DNA of 64,000 bases from Schmidtea polychroa (Eukaryota): the NCBI GenBank assembly GCA_044892525.1, contig CM097885.1, forward strand, positions 247,132,001 through 247,196,000, in the 5' to 3' direction. This document shows, in pieces, positions 28,512-43,600 of this stretch; positions within the stretch are counted from its first letter, which is position 1; every line of letters starts with the position of its first letter. Under the pieces are notes generated by a model. That model saw only the letters and a list, made by a program, of their open reading frames with translations. It was not told the DNA's origin and made no database searches. The translations under genes and the position numbers were made by a program.

Positions 28512-28858
28512 TTGTAGAATTGTAGATAACATATAACTGAAAATTTATAAAATTAAAATTTTATTTCGAATAAATTTCCGATGCAAAAGAAATATTTTTT
28601 TCCAAGAACATTTGTACATTTTTTTGATTTTAAATGGTTTGCAAAAATATCAAGTGCAATATCAGTTAACTGTAAAAATATTTCCCCCCCCCTATTTCAA
28701 AGTAATATAATTCACATAAAATGACAAGTCTAAAACAAAGATTAGAAATAAATTATCAACTAGAATTATGGGATTTGTAGAAAATTAAATGTCAGTGTAT
28801 ATCATGTGATATGTAATACGGATACTTGGGAAATTATATTAAACAATTAATTTATAAG

Positions 28859-31800
28859 CAGTGACGTCACTAGGGGTTTCGGACCGCGTCGGTAACACCA
28901 AAATGCAAAATATGACTGTATATGATTCTATATCGCTCCATGAAATTATTCTTATACGTTGTTTCGGCCCAGCGCTCAGCGACAGAAATGTATTATATTA
29001 TTGAAATATAAAAATTTCTCTCTTCGGTTTGTTATAAACACAAAAATGTGTTATAGTTTTGCGTTTATAATAACTATTTCAGAATATAACATTTGGTTTG
29101 TTCGTTTCTTTGTACTGGTCAGTACTTGACGTTTTGAAATTCATAGCTGAATGGGACTTCCTAGAATCTCTCCAATATCTCTAAGTGAGCTTACAATTAT
29201 TTCTTACGATCTGTGTGTATGGCTTCGTGTGATAGGAATTTTTCAAAGTTAAAGTTTATAAAGAACTATTTGCGATCTACCATGGCACAGTCAAGCCTTT
29301 TTGATCTTGCAATATTATCAATGGAAAGTCATTTTGGTGAAAGAAGTTGATTTTGACTAGTTTTGCAGCTCGAAAGTTCAAGAAAGGAAATTTCTTATTT
29401 AGTCAAGATTTAATGTTAAAATAACAATTAAAAAGTAACATATTTTTATGTAATGTTTAGTAAGGCTTTGAAAAAACCGGAAAATTTCGAAAACCGGTTT
29501 TTGGTTTTCGACCAAGTGTAAAACCGGTTAACCAGTTTTTTAATATAATATTTTAGAAAGACTAGTGAGTGCAACAGATCGAATTTCAATGATGAACGTA
29601 GTTTTGTGTGCAGAAATTTCCGGCGATTGAAAAAACTCTCTCGCTTCCTGTTGATGTAGGTTGCATCGATTGTAAAGCATTTAATAAGTTTTCGACAGTT
29701 GTCGATTTTTTTTTAGTGACACTAAACAATTTTAGTTGATTTTTAAAGGATGAAACAAAACTGCTTTCTCTTGCTTTTGCACATGTTTTGCACCATCCAA
29801 CACTTCAGAAAATGATTGCGGTAATTGTTAAACTAAAGATGCCGATCCTGATAGTGTTGCAATTGTCTCGACTTCACTTTCTTTCATATCCTCTTTCATA
29901 CTTGATCTTGGATCTCGATTACCAAATAATCTTTCAGCTAATATCATGTAGCCACCTTAGGCGAGTATGGAAGTTCCACCAACTGCGTTTGTGGAAAAGT
30001 TCCACTTTGCAAGAATTTAAACAATGTAGTTAATTCTTAATTTCGCCATTCTGTAATTCTTATTTTCAAAGAATTATAATATTTATTCCCCAAACTTCGA
30101 CAGCTTTGTTTCATTTGAGTAAATAAAAATGCCAGTACTTCTTCTGGAGTGAGTTAAGTTGAAGTGGTTTGGCTTAGTTCTTTTACTGCCGACTCTGTTG
30201 GGTTTAATATTTGAATTAAATTTACCAAGATAGGAAAGTCATTTTCATTGTATAAATCCTCACGCCCTATGCGTTTTTATGCACACTTTAAGTTGGACTA
30301 ATCACTTCATCATTGGTATAAGGGAATTCCATCTGGTTCTACAGTCTAATATATAAGTCAAAGTTTTTTATCTTCTTTCTCTTCAACATTTCTTTGCAAT
30401 AGGTCGTTTATTACGAGTGATTTTCTGAAAAATCTGACAATCTTTCTTGAGTTTTGTAGAATTCTATTAATGTTTGCATCTTCTAAATTGTATTCAATTT
30501 CATTTTTACCAGCAACATTATCTATATTTAGATTATGGTCGCTTGCAAAATAATTAAACTGTTTTCAATTTCCTTATCAGAATCCGAAATTTTATCGACT
30601 GACTCATCGACTACATCACATTTTTTGTAAACAGCATCTACTACAGCCAAATGAAATGCATGATTGATGCAAAATTAGTTTTCAATTCTATTTAATAGTG
30701 TATATTTTTTCATAGTGCTCGCTCATTCTTGTGTTGATGTTAAAATATGACCAAGTCTAAAACCGTTCTCCCTCAGTTTTTGTTCAACTAATGACTGAAC
30801 CTTGTATGCATCGCATGGACCTTCTATGACAATAAAGGCTAATTTATAACTATCCTCCTGAGAATCCAATGTTACATTTAAATACCTTTGGCATTACACC
30901 TAGTTCATTCGTTTGTTGTTATTGAGAAACGTGTTCCAGATTCAGTCATTTTTGTGAACTTATCTTTAAATTCCAATTTTTTTCTTTAGCAAAATCTATG
31001 ATAAATTTTTTAGTTATTTTTTCTCTCATAGCCACGTTTTGTAATAAACTCTGTGATAGCGCTTGAATGTCTCATATCATGAATAGAAAACCCGTTATAC
31101 GTTGCGCATTTGGCCAATAATTCTCCCATTGATGTTCTTTGTATGAAATTTAACATACTTGAAGTTTCTTTGGCTTTTTTCTGGGTAGGCTGAGTAGGAT
31201 ATCCTGTTTATTAATATCGATCTTATGTTTATCTCGAAGATGATTTGTCAAATTTGAACCTGCACATTTTAAAACAGAATTGCATATGGTATATTTTGCA
31301 CCATTTTGTTTCTTTTTGAAATATTTTTCAAACTCCTGATTTTTTGCTATTCATATTTAAGCTAAAATAAAAATTTTTTCAATATATTTTAAAATAGATA
31401 TTTTTTGAATAAATTAATTTGGTAGAACACTAAATTCATATTTTAAAATAAATATAGTTTAAATAAATATATAAAACAATATATTTTAATAAAATGAGCT
31501 AAATATTAGAAAACTATATTTTAATGTTTTTATGATTTGTTTTTAGTGCGTGAATATTGTTCTATTTTAAAATATATTGAATTTCGTGTTCTATCAAGTG
31601 TATTTATTAAAAAAATTTATCAATTTAAAAATATATAATTAATAATAGGTTTTTCGGTTTTACGAATAGAAAAAATCGGTTTTCGGTTTTCAAAAATTTG
31701 AACACAAAACCGGTTAACCGGTTTCGGTTTCCACCGGTTTACAAGCCCTAGTTCTTAGTTCTTAACTTCTTACAATCTTTTACTTTTTTCTTCTATTTCC

Positions 31801-31930
31801 TTTGTAAATATAGGACCTATATTTATAAACTTTACTAAGGATTCTGTATATTTCCGTTATTTGGCACTGGCGGACTTGGAGGAGGTCTATGAGGTGTCAT
31901 GAGCTGCCACCAACCCTAATGACACAACTG
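28859..31930 (+). mobile_element. hAT deletion derivative carrying a C-terminal dimerisation-domain remnant
   Basis: Perfect 8-bp TSD TTTATAAG; imperfect TIR CAGTGACGTCACTAGGG; decayed NFSKLKFIKNYLRSTMAQ at ~29245-29290. Confidence 0.85.
29461..31750 (-). mobile_element. Nested decayed hAT transposon with BED zinc finger
   Basis: Termini TAAGGCTTTG / CAAGCCCTA with AACCGG subterminal repeats; minus-strand MNSKKSGV(W)KYF...ICNSVLKCAGSNLTNHLRDKH (with a frameshift) near 31225-31355. Confidence 0.8.
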
Positions 31931-32705
31931 TTTATAAGTAATAATTGGCTAAGTTGAAATTTTAATATTCCGGAATGAGAGACAAATATAATTAATAATA
32001 ATATAATTGAATATATAAATTAGCATATATCCAATTATTTATTTACTTAAACCTTAAAAATTTCTCATCGTAAACAATCTGTTCCAAATATTTCATATGA
32101 TTTACAAATCACAAATTTAGTTGAGATATTAATCACAAGACAGGTATTAAACTGATTAAGTGAAAATGTAAATACGAACAATGCAATGTTCAGATATGGT
32201 GCGATATCGAGGCGACCAAGGCCATCGGTATTTATATTATTAATTTTGTAAAATTTTAGCCAAATTTTCTTTGGGAATACAATTAACAGGATTTGAAAAT
32301 AAATAGAAAACATTGTAAATTTAGATGTAGGAAAATAAATTATTACGGGGCAGTAAGTATGTCTTATAATTTCAATTCAAGATCATACTTATAATTACTT
32401 TGGACATTTATCGCGAAGTTAATGGATATGAATTTACAGTATATACCGAATATACTTACGTTTAAATCAAGAAATTTACGTCAAATGTTCAAGTCAAAAT
32501 AGCCACTTCGACTTATATGATTGTCAAAAAAAGTACAAATTAATTTTTAACGAAATTATTAAATTGGTAATAATTTGTGGTGTTAATTTTTTAATTATAT
32601 ATTACTTTTTTTTCATTAAATAATTAATTAAAATTCTTAATAAAATTGTAATTTATCAATATTTTCAAGCATCATGATCCAACAAATAATAAACTTGAAA
32701 ACTTA

Positions 32706-32874
32706 AGTAGACAGATGTGTGAACTCAGGCTCAATAGGAATCCTCAAGTCTCATATGTTTTTTTGGACAAATAAGGGGAAGGGTCATCTAAAAAAGGTAA
32801 TTTCCTATTCGCCCAAAAATAATTTGTGATAGTTCATGATTCCTGTTGGGCTGGAGTCCACACATCTATCTACT
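32706..32874. mobile_element. Small MITE of unclear family
   Basis: Inverted repeat AGTAGACAGATGTGTGAACTC / GAGTCCACACATCTATCTACT (19 of 21 nt). Confidence 0.55.
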
Positions 32875-33192
32875 AACATATTATTTCCAATCAGATTGTT
32901 TTTATCAAAAACTGAACAAAAAGCTGCAGAGCAGTGCAAAACTGAAACTAAGTCGAAATTCTCATGAATGGGTGGTGAATTTCGCTTAGATTAATATCAA
33001 CTCAAAAGCTGTCAGAGAAAATAACGTCAATGAGAAGCTTGGTCAAAACTGGCGAAAAAATAAAAAGCTTAATGAAATACCAAAAACTAAATGTACAAGG
33101 CGAAGAGATATTGCATAATTTGTAGTCTATCTTAAATTTTGTTTACTTTTTCGACTTATAAGCGAGTATGTACGGTATACCTGGTGTATATC

Positions 33193-33195
<3 letters not shown>

Positions 33196-33256
<61 letters not shown>
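33196..33256. repeat. (TA)n microsatellite, about 30 units
   Basis: Pure TA run. Confidence 0.98.
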
Positions 33257-33258
<2 letters not shown>

Positions 33259-33544
33259 CCATTCGTACATCTTTTTCACTATATACTTGGATAGCATCAC
33301 TATAATCATCAGGTTACCTATATAATGATAATATATAAACAAATTATAAAATCTATGAATTTTAAAGCATAAATACAAATTTTAAACAATTAATTTTTAA
33401 AAATAATTTTCAATAATCAATTATATTTAAACTTTTAATATTATTTAAAAATATTATTTTACTTATTTTTTTTTAATTATTTTACATAACTATTATTAAT
33501 ATACATCAACATACAAAAACTTAATTAAAAACATTCAACACACA

Positions 33545-34160
33545 CGTATTCACTGCATTCTGCACATTGATTTTAGGATTAAAAGTTCTTATCAATAATG
33601 CTTCACATATCACACGCTCAAAAGGCTCTCCAATGTATGTGGCCTTACACCATTACATGAGAATGGAGAAACGAGATCCGAACAAAAACCAACCGGCGTT
33701 TGAGATTTACTAAAAAACATACTACGTACTTTGCACGATTTTGAAACAATTCTATAATTCAATGTTCTTCTCTTATGTGTTATAGGTTCTTTTAAGTTTC
33801 TGATCTTGCCATTGAGTCTTTGAATCTCCAGTGTCGCATTTCATTTCGAGTGCTCCACATCAAGAATATTCTTTCTTCTCATTAATCATTCCCTGAACAA
33901 TCTCAATAAACATCCGCAAATACCATTACATCAGTTTCGATTTTTTTCCAAAGTCTTCCCTTAATTCAATCTCGAATAAAATCTCTGAATCGAAATATCG
34001 TCTTAATAAACGAACTTTATACACCATCCTTCATTTCAGACATAATCTGATATTCTTCTTGCATCTTCTTGTAAATAAATATAAAGATCCGTCTATTTCT
34101 TGTGCAAGAAGATTTTTAATAAAGGAATTGTAAAATGTGACTGCTTATGACGCCATGCTA
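33545..34160 (-). pseudogene. Penelope-like element remnant (GIY-YIG endonuclease fragment)
   Basis: Minus strand FSCNG/KATYIGE followed by CEALLIRTFNPKINVQ, typical of the PLE endonuclease C-terminus; internally deleted, many stops upstream. Confidence 0.6.
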
Positions 34161-34603
34161 GCTTAATCACTAATAACAACAATCTTCAAAAAATTATTTA
34201 AACAGTTTAATTATTGTTAGTCTCACAAAATTAAATATTATTAATAATTAAATAAATATTCTCTTTTACAGTATCAATTCAGCAATTATCCATCGTTCTT
34301 TGTCCATCAATTTCCTTATATCAAATTCAAACTTGATTTCAAAATGATTTCAAAAATCCCTTTTTATGCATGGTCATCAGAACATTTTAATAAATTAAAA
34401 ACACAAACATTTACTTACAAGAGTAGTCACATTAAGTAATACGTAGAAATTATACAATTTTATTTAGTGACCAAATTTCCTTATTATCCCTATCAATAAT
34501 TATGAATTTAACAACAACATTTAATTTTACTCATTTTACATATTTTGTTATCACTTATTTACTTCAAGGCATTTTAATTTAAATAGATATAATTTAAACA
34601 AAC

Positions 34604-37600
34604 TTTTTCACATGTAGCTTGTACTTCGCTAAACTGGTCTGTCTGTACTCTGAAGTAATCATAAACAGCTTTCAATATGTGACTTTTACTACGATTTAAA
34701 GTCATTTTTTCATTGTTCGGTAACATATTTTGTAATTCACTAATCCAAGTATTAATGCGATCTCGACGACGCCTTTCGACTTTATTAAAAGTCATGAGAA
34801 TGAAATTGTAAAATAACTATAGAAATAATACCTTCATTGTGACTTGATTTTCTCTTCATTTCTTTAAATTCTCCCTCGCCGTTTATGTATTCTTTATTTG
34901 GACTGTGATCTGCTTGTGACGCTAAACGTTAATGAGAATCATTTTTGGATATTTGAATTTTTATCATTGGAAATCTCTGTGTTCATTCCAATTTTAATAA
35001 TTAGGCACAGGGCTGGTTCTGAGCTTTTATATGTGTGTATGTGTATGTTGGCATTACAATATTACCCTTTCTAAGGCAAAGGAAACTAAAAGTGATGTAA
35101 AATTCAAACTTTATTAATAAAAATATAGCGGGAAAACACATCTATGGTTTCAAATACTATAAATTTGTTCTCTTGTGGATCAATATATGTCAGTAGTTGT
35201 ACCAAAAGTAAAAATGATTACCGACAGCGTTACATTTAGATATTTTTATTAGTTTAAAATGGTGTACAGTATATTGCCATCACCTTAGAAAGGGTTAAAC
35301 AACTAGTTCTCATTCAAATCTGAATGTGATGAGCTGAGTAACCATTAAAGGACATCAAAACACGAAGATAACGAAATTAAATACAACTTGAGTTTACCTA
35401 GATACTTTTTTAGTATTACTATGGTAAAATGTAGTGAAAATAAATACCTACTTGGATACCAAGTAAATACTAAAAAATTAGCTTTTAAAGATTTCATGTT
35501 TAGAGAATCTTTTAAAGTTTACCAGACTTTAAATGTTTTTTAAAAACATCTTTTAATGAAATTAGAATTTTTTGTTGAGTGCAAAATCAAAATAAAACCA
35601 ATCAAGGATAATCTTAAACCGGATAAGCATTATTTTCACAAGAAAATATAAAGTTGCAGACAGTGTAAAGAAAAATGAAAATCTTTTGGTTTCTATATTT
35701 TAGATCGAGATTCATATTTTTATTAAATAACAATTCTCGAGTCATTTATTTTTTGTTTTCAAGTTGTTTACACTTAAAACCAGCCCTGATTAGACCTAAT
35801 TCTTGAAATTGAAATTTTAATTATATATTGCTTCTTTTCGATTAATGAATTACGTTATCTATAAACGTTTTAAAAAACGGTATGTGAATGATATTTTTCT
35901 ATTGTTTGAGGCCCATTAAGACGTTTTTGCATTATATAAACAGTGTACACATTTTTAAGTACCATTATCCGCAAGCTTTAACAAAAATATATATTGTGAG
36001 AAAAACAATCGGATACTTGAAGAAGTACTTAAACATATTTTTAATTCTTTTATAATTCATATAGCTTGTTTTTAGCATTTTTAGTAGATGATATATCCCA
36101 CAAAATGTTTTTAAATTAGTTCGAATCTTTAGATGAGAGTTTATTGAAAAACTAAATAGATTCTTATCAAAAAATGTTGCATTTAAGTGATTTTTGGCGT
36201 CACTTACAAAATTATGCCTGAAAACTGATCATAATGAAAATATTTTGGGAGCAACAAATTTAAAAATTAGTTTGTATCGAAAATAAAATTTTAATTTTGT
36301 TTGGTGCCCAAAAAGGAATTTAAATTGGTGATGAAACACTAAATTAAAGTAATAATTCTTTAATTTATAAATTGATAAATACGGCTGAACATTTTTAAAT
36401 ATTTGAATTGACATTAATGTGTAAAAATATTGATAAAATTTGTTTCCTGATAATTTATCAATGATTATGGTTATTTATTGACATTAAAAACAATGCTTTT
36501 TTCTGTTAAAAGAACAATAGAGATAATAATTATGAGATTTAATTATTGCATATTAAATGTTTCAGTGGAATCAACCAAAAATCCGTGTTTTTAAAAACTT
36601 TTTTATAACCATTTTAAATGAAAAATTCAAAATATAATTTACATCACCATTATTTTTTCGCTGCTTCCATTTGTGTAGATATTTTATTTAAAAACAGATT
36701 TTTCTACTTTAACGCAATTGCAAAAATAGCCACATAATATATTGGAAAATTAAAATTATCTTCATTGAATTCTTCGCACATTCCAGATTTGATGAAAAAA
36801 TAATTAAAGTTTTTGATTGATCTTATATTTCGTGGGAATTTTGTTTATTTATATTGTGAATAAAAATGGCTATTCTGTATATTGAGTATTCTGTGAACAA
36901 TTCGATATAAAGTCTCCAGATAATTTATAATTATTCGATGAATTTCCTTGATTTGTGATACTCATTTACCACAAATTTTATACAAACTACTAATCAACCA
37001 AGACAATACTGATGAATCTATCTGATCAGAGTCACTGACAATTCAGAAAATGGACAGGAGCTTTGGAATGGATTTTATAATATCTTTCTAACTCTTGCTG
37101 TTGTATATTTTCTTAAAGGCATACTTCATACTGGACATTATCCAAATGCAAATACGGGTACAGGAATAATATAGCCGTTCAAATAATTTGGTTAAGATTA
37201 TTCTTTTAAGAACCATTGACAATTTTTCCAGTTAAAAATAATTCCAGTCGAACTCGGTTATTACGAACTCTTATGACTATAGCGGAAAAAAAATCTTGAT
37301 TTGGTTCAAGCTATTTTAACAGAATTTTCCTGCTTACAACGAAACAAAACCGGTTAAAATGAACAAAATGAACAATTCAAGAGAAAGTCGAAATTATTCA
37401 TGAATTGGAAAACGGAGATAAAAATTTACAGGTTTGTAAAAAATACAATCTTTCAAAATCAACAGTTTCAACATTTTGGAGAAATAAAGACACAATATTA
37501 TCGACATTAGAAACTAAAGTCCCAAATAAAATTAAAACTTGTGAAAAAGGTGGTGTTGATCGTGCACTAATTTGATGGATAACCAATTAATGGCCCAATT

Positions 37601-40600
37601 TTAAAGATTCAGGCAGAAAAGTTTGCCGAACAATTGGGTCATGAAAACTTTACTTGCAGCAATGGATGGCTAGATCGATTTAAAAACAGATGCTGCAATC
37701 GATTGGACAAAATCAGTTTGGTCAGAGCTAAAAAGAGGATATGATATCTACAATGCAGGTGAAACTGGTTTGTTTTATAACTTAACACCTGAAATGACTT
37801 TCAAATTTAGTAATGAAAAATGTGATTGTGGGAAAAAAATTAGAAATCATTTTGGTTTGTGCGAACATCACTGTAACAGACAAAAAGCAGCTTGTTGTCA
37901 TTGGGAAATCTCTAAAACCACGCTGCTTTAAAAATGTCAAAAAATTTCCTGTTGAATATACAGCAAACAAAAAGGCATGGATGACATCTGAAATCTTTAA
38001 AAATTACTTTTTAAAGTGGAACAGAGATTTATTCACCAAAAAAAGGAAGATTTTATTGGTAATTGACTACCCAGCTCATCCAAAAATTCCCAATTCAACC
38101 AACATTAAGTTGGTTTTTCTACAACCAAATGCAACATCAATCTTGCACCCAATGGACATGGGGGTAATCAAAAATCTGAAAGATTATTTCCAAAGATTTC
38201 TTGTTTTGCTGTTGATTGAAAGAAGAGAAAATGGCAAAGATGACAAAATAACTGTTCTGGATGCAATTCGCCTGATAAAGGATGCTTGGGAGAGTGTCAA
38301 ACCTTTAACTATATCACACTGTTTTAATAAATCTGGTTTGAATTACTAGTCAGTTTCCACCTATCAATATTCTGAGGAAGATCTTCCCTTGTCACAATGG
38401 TTAAAGGTAGAAAGAATAAACAATTTTTCACATGTTGAAGACTTGGATGACTTTGCTTCCATTGATGAGGATCCGGTGACATCTGGAATCCCCTCGGAGG
38501 AAAACATCCTTCAAGCCATTCTTCAACAAGAGGACAGTGAAGATGAAGATGAAAGTGTCGAAAAAATACTACCTATTGTTATGTATTCATAAGCTCAAGA
38601 AGCTTTGGAGATCTTGACTCAATTTTCAGGAAACAACAATACACCATAATCTGTTTTTACAGCACTCTTTGTCATTCGAGGCACATCAGAGACATCAAAT
38701 TGAATTCTATGAAGCAAACTAGTATTTTAAATTATATAAAAAAATGATCGAACAAAAAATAAAATAACAATAATAATCATTTTTGATGTTTTTATAATAA
38801 TTTTAAAAAAACGTTTTTTCTTCTTTTTTTTGTTTCCTGGTTATATCGAACCCCGGTTACAACGAACCAATTTTTCTGGTCCCAAGCAGTTCGTTATAAC
38901 CGAGTTCGACTGTATTTCATCACAGTCAGATCTCTTTATCTTGCAAAAATTATTTTTATTTTAAATAATTGGAAAAGCACCTGTAGAATTTTTAACTTAA
39001 TACATTTGTGATATAACATAGGACAAAACAAATTTTAACCTTGTAAAAAACAGCGAACACTTATGGTTATCTTTATTAAATCAAACGTGCTGATTCCAAA
39101 TCTATATTCTGTTTTGTTTCACATTTTCTTGTTAAACCGATATGAAGAATTGTAACAAAGGTATAATTTGATGTATACAAACAAGTCTGTTAAGACACAT
39201 CAAATCACTAAATATATTGTGATATTATATCACACAGATGATTAAAATAGTTGTTTAAGAACCAGCATTAGGTTCATCACACTGTAAATTCCAGCAGAAT
39301 TCCGCAAACATGACATTCCCTTGTTCCTCTTTTCCATTCTGGAAATACTCTGGTGAAAGCGCTCTTCATTCTCGGGGGAAAAGGAAAGATGAGAATGAAG
39401 AAAGTGGAGCTTAAGTCACATGTTGCAATACAAATGTTGATAAGATTCGATCAATCTGTCTACTGAAGCTGTGGAATTTGCTGCTTTATATTCTTCCAGA
39501 AATTCTAGGCAGATCTGTTTGAAAGTTCATGGTCATCCATCATTCAACATCATTTATCATATTTGTAGCCTACAAAAATACCTTTCTTAATATTTGCTTC
39601 ACTGATTTTAGGAAACTTGTTCTTCAAATACTGAAAACTTGGTTTATTATGAACTAACGCCTTAAAAAGCAGCTTCATGAAGTCAAGCTTAATGTGAAGA
39701 TTTTGTACGATGATCTTCTCTTTCTCAACAAGAGGTTCATAAATGACGTTATGAGAATCAAGTTTATATGTGGTGGCCATTTTCTCATTGTGTTATGATC
39801 CGATTTCATCCTGTTGCCACATTTGCCGAGAAAACCCATGAACTTTGTATAACCACTTTTCAATCCGATTGGAATAGCAACGAATTCCAAATCTGCACAT
39901 ATATCAGTAATTTATTATCTTTCTATTTTATTTTGTCTAAAATAAATGCTAGATTTTCATATGTTTCTCTCAGGGTTTCCAAATATGCAATCGGAATTGA
40001 AGGCAGCGCATTTCCAGTATAAAGTAATAGTGCCTTGATGCTGCAGTGATGTATCTATGAACAAACTCCATTGAGAAGAATCATATTGCATTCCTAGATC
40101 ATCAAACAATCTCATGGTATTATTGAAGCAGCAGAGACCTTTATCTATAGAAAAGTACTGTTGCAGTTTCCAGGATCGCTTTTTAAATGATGAAACTTTT
40201 GCGTCATCGGCCAAAAGATGCTACTGTTGAATACGTGAAGTCAACAGCTCACTTCTATGCTTAGTCAAATACAAATCGCGAACAAGATCATTCAGATCAG
40301 GTTTTGTTATGAAGTGTGGTTCACATTCAGTATTCTTCAGCAACTCGTAATTTTCATCGAGACTTCCCGTTTCTGATGCGGATGAACTGTATTTTCTTAA
40401 AATTTCTAATGGAGGTTCAAGAACTTAAATTTAAGCCGAATGTCGATTGGGATAGACAATAGCCTTCTTACACTAATTTAATTATTATGTTGATATGTCG
40501 ATTAAATACAAGTATCAGTCTGTTCAGTGATCTTTCGGCTCTCGCCACACCATTGACACTTACATTTTAGTGCACTATCAAACCTGTTTGTCCATGGCCC

Positions 40601-43600
40601 ACTATTTTTTTTTAAAACTGAAAACCTTCGCAAATATATTAATAATTTTAAAGTCGCTTCAAAAATTATTTTTTTTTAATTTTATTATCGATATTTTAAA
40701 AACTGAATTCTCAAATAAGGAGCCAATAAAGTTTCATATAATTCATTTATGTTATATTCTTTTCTCTGACATTCTTTTCTCTTTAACGCATTTTTAGGAA
40801 TGTGCTTTTTTGTTTATTAAAACATTTTTTTTCATCTTTCGTAAATCATTAAATAATATTTTAATAAATAAATTTAAAAACTTTCAAAAATAGATAATTT
40901 AATATAATGTTAGTAAATATAGGTATTGATAAAATTTTTACTTTATTGTAAATATAATCATACCAGTGCATTACCATTAAACTTCGCTTTAATTCGAATT
41001 CTCATGTTTACAATAAAATTAACGAAATTCATGCTTCAATCTAATGATTAGTAAATATTTATGTTTTATGAAAATTATACGAGAAATTTAAATTATTTTA
41101 ATCTTACTTGAAAAAACCGGCGAATTCGAAGAATAGGCTTTAGAACTGCAATCAGACAGTGCACTGGTTTCGTTAGTTTTCGATGGTTTAATTTTCAATC
41201 GTTTTTGAACTTTACTCTGAGAAAGATCCTTTTTCATTCCAACAGATATATTAGAAGTTGGATTTGATTGGTTGAAATTATTAGAAACTCCATTATAGAT
41301 CTCCCTGTTCATATCTAAAGTATTGTTTTGATTGGAAAATAACTGATCTTTTATCGACTCCCCGACTACGCGACCATTGACTAACATAGATTCTATCTCT
41401 GAATTTCCTTTTAAAATAAGAATTTGTTTTTCCTGTTTAATCGATTGAGAAGTGTGAGGAAACTGGGAATTCGATATTGAATTTTCATCATCTGCTAACA
41501 AAGTTACTTCTGCTTCATTGTTCGAATCTACAGAACATTCATAATACTGATTGTTCATATTATCATTCTGTATAGAATCTCTGAACGTTTGCACTAATGA
41601 AGATATAGAAGATTCATCGAGCTTTCGATTTGTCATTATAGACTCTAAGTTGTTGCCAGAAATCGTGGATTGTGGCGATTCAAACAATTTCTGAATCAAT
41701 TCAGCAGTTGAGAGATTATTTGATATTTGCAATTGGTGTGCAGCTAACATTAAATTTGAATTATTTAAATTTGTACAATTATCTGATGACGCCATTTCAA
41801 CACCTAGGAAATTTTAAAATTTATCATAAAGTGATAAATTATAATTTAGAAAATAATTCAAGCAATAAATCTCATAGTAAATCATCACAAAACGCTTGCG
41901 TTTTCAAGTGTTTGATGTATTCAATTGTTTTTAGCATAAGAGGACCACGAATACAAAATTTGCATTGAACCCAAAAAGGTTTCATGAATCGGTTTAGAAA
42001 ATGAGAACTGTTTGATGGACGAGATTAATAAACAAAAACTAAATATGCTTAACATTGATATTGAGATATTCCAGATTATTTATATTACTTTGAATTAAAT
42101 TCATGATTTTGAAGAAAAATTTCACATATCATGATTGTTTTGATTTTAGGAAATGGTAAAATGAATTTTTAAATGAAATTCAATTCTACATCCTCTTAAT
42201 GAAAGCTTTATGTTGCCATTTTTAAACTCCTCGATATAGCTCAAAAGATTCTCAAATACGTGTTTGTGTAGTAAACACTAACTCTATAATTTAACCAACA
42301 AGTACTGGAATTCGAATTTTACGAATTAGGTGATTGGTTCGTTTTGCGTGATAATACACTATGACATTCCTCCATTATCGCATCACAGATTTTGATAAAG
42401 AAAACAGTGGCAATGATCAAATAATTACCATAAACACTCAATCTAACACCAGAAAACTATTTTCTATTTAAGGAGATCAAGACTGATTGATGACATAGAA
42501 ACAAAATGTTACTGATTTCCTTAAGTCAATGTCACCGAGAGTTTGTATGAATGTTGCAAGAAATATATTGAATAACGTTTGACATGTTAAAAAATTTGCG
42601 CTTTAACAGGGCCATTTTTGGAACTTTTAGAGCACCCTATATTCTATGACCTATTCTATGTAACCTATGACCCGTGGGTCCCTCTTTGACCCATAAACCT
42701 ACTTTATGTTACCCACATAGATTTAGTAAGGCGCAACACAATTAATTATATAAAAAAATTTATATTGAAAATGAATAAACGATGCATATTAATAATTAAA
42801 TTTTATTATACTCAAGCGAAAGATTTTTACTTTATATTTTTAATGTTTAATTTATAACTTATTGTTTATAAAATAGCATTCTACATTTTAAAACTAAATA
42901 AAATCAGATTTATATACATTTTTTACTTTTTCAATTATCGGTCCGCCATTTGATTAGAATAAAATCAAACTCAATTTGACCCACTCAATTTGACCTTCAG
43001 AAACTTTTGTAAAATTATAAATTGATAGATAGAAGTTATTAGACTAAATTTTCAAAGTTTTGCATTTAATTTAATATATAAGTTTCAAATTGAAAGAGGG
43101 ATTATAAAAAATCAAGATATTCAAAATGTATCGGTGTATCTACAAAATATTGAATCAAATATAAAAAAACGAATTATTAGATTTTATCGAGGATTATCCT
43201 GTAGTTCCATACAAAATTACTATTAAAATATTATATTAAAATATTACTATTAATATATGAAAAATAAAAAATTATTTTAAGCATGTAATTTAATAATCCA
43301 TAAACGTAAAATTGTATAAGATTTGAAATAAAGGTCCAGGTTACAGAGTTAGATAATATAATATATGCTTCGTATGATTTTAGTTTATTAACCTTTGATA
43401 AATTATAATGATTTAGTCAAAGCCAGAGAATATCTATTACTATTATCAATAAAATATTGATTTCTAATAAACTATAGCACTTATAAATCACTACAATTAT
43501 ATTCAATAATTATGAAAAATAAACGAAGTCTTCTTGATAGAAAAAAAGTTGTCGGTTTAATAAAATAATACTCCATTGTTATCATCAATAATACTATTCT

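Noticed and set aside
32065-32313. Hydrophobic minus-strand ORF as a downstream USF exon or membrane protein
   Set aside because: No leucine-zipper pattern, no convincing splice sites and no recognisable family.
36640-37240. Possible PEX12-like pseudogene on the minus strand ([23 protein letters not shown])
   Set aside because: Similarity by eye is weak and broken by many stops and frameshifts; needs BLASTx before it can be called.
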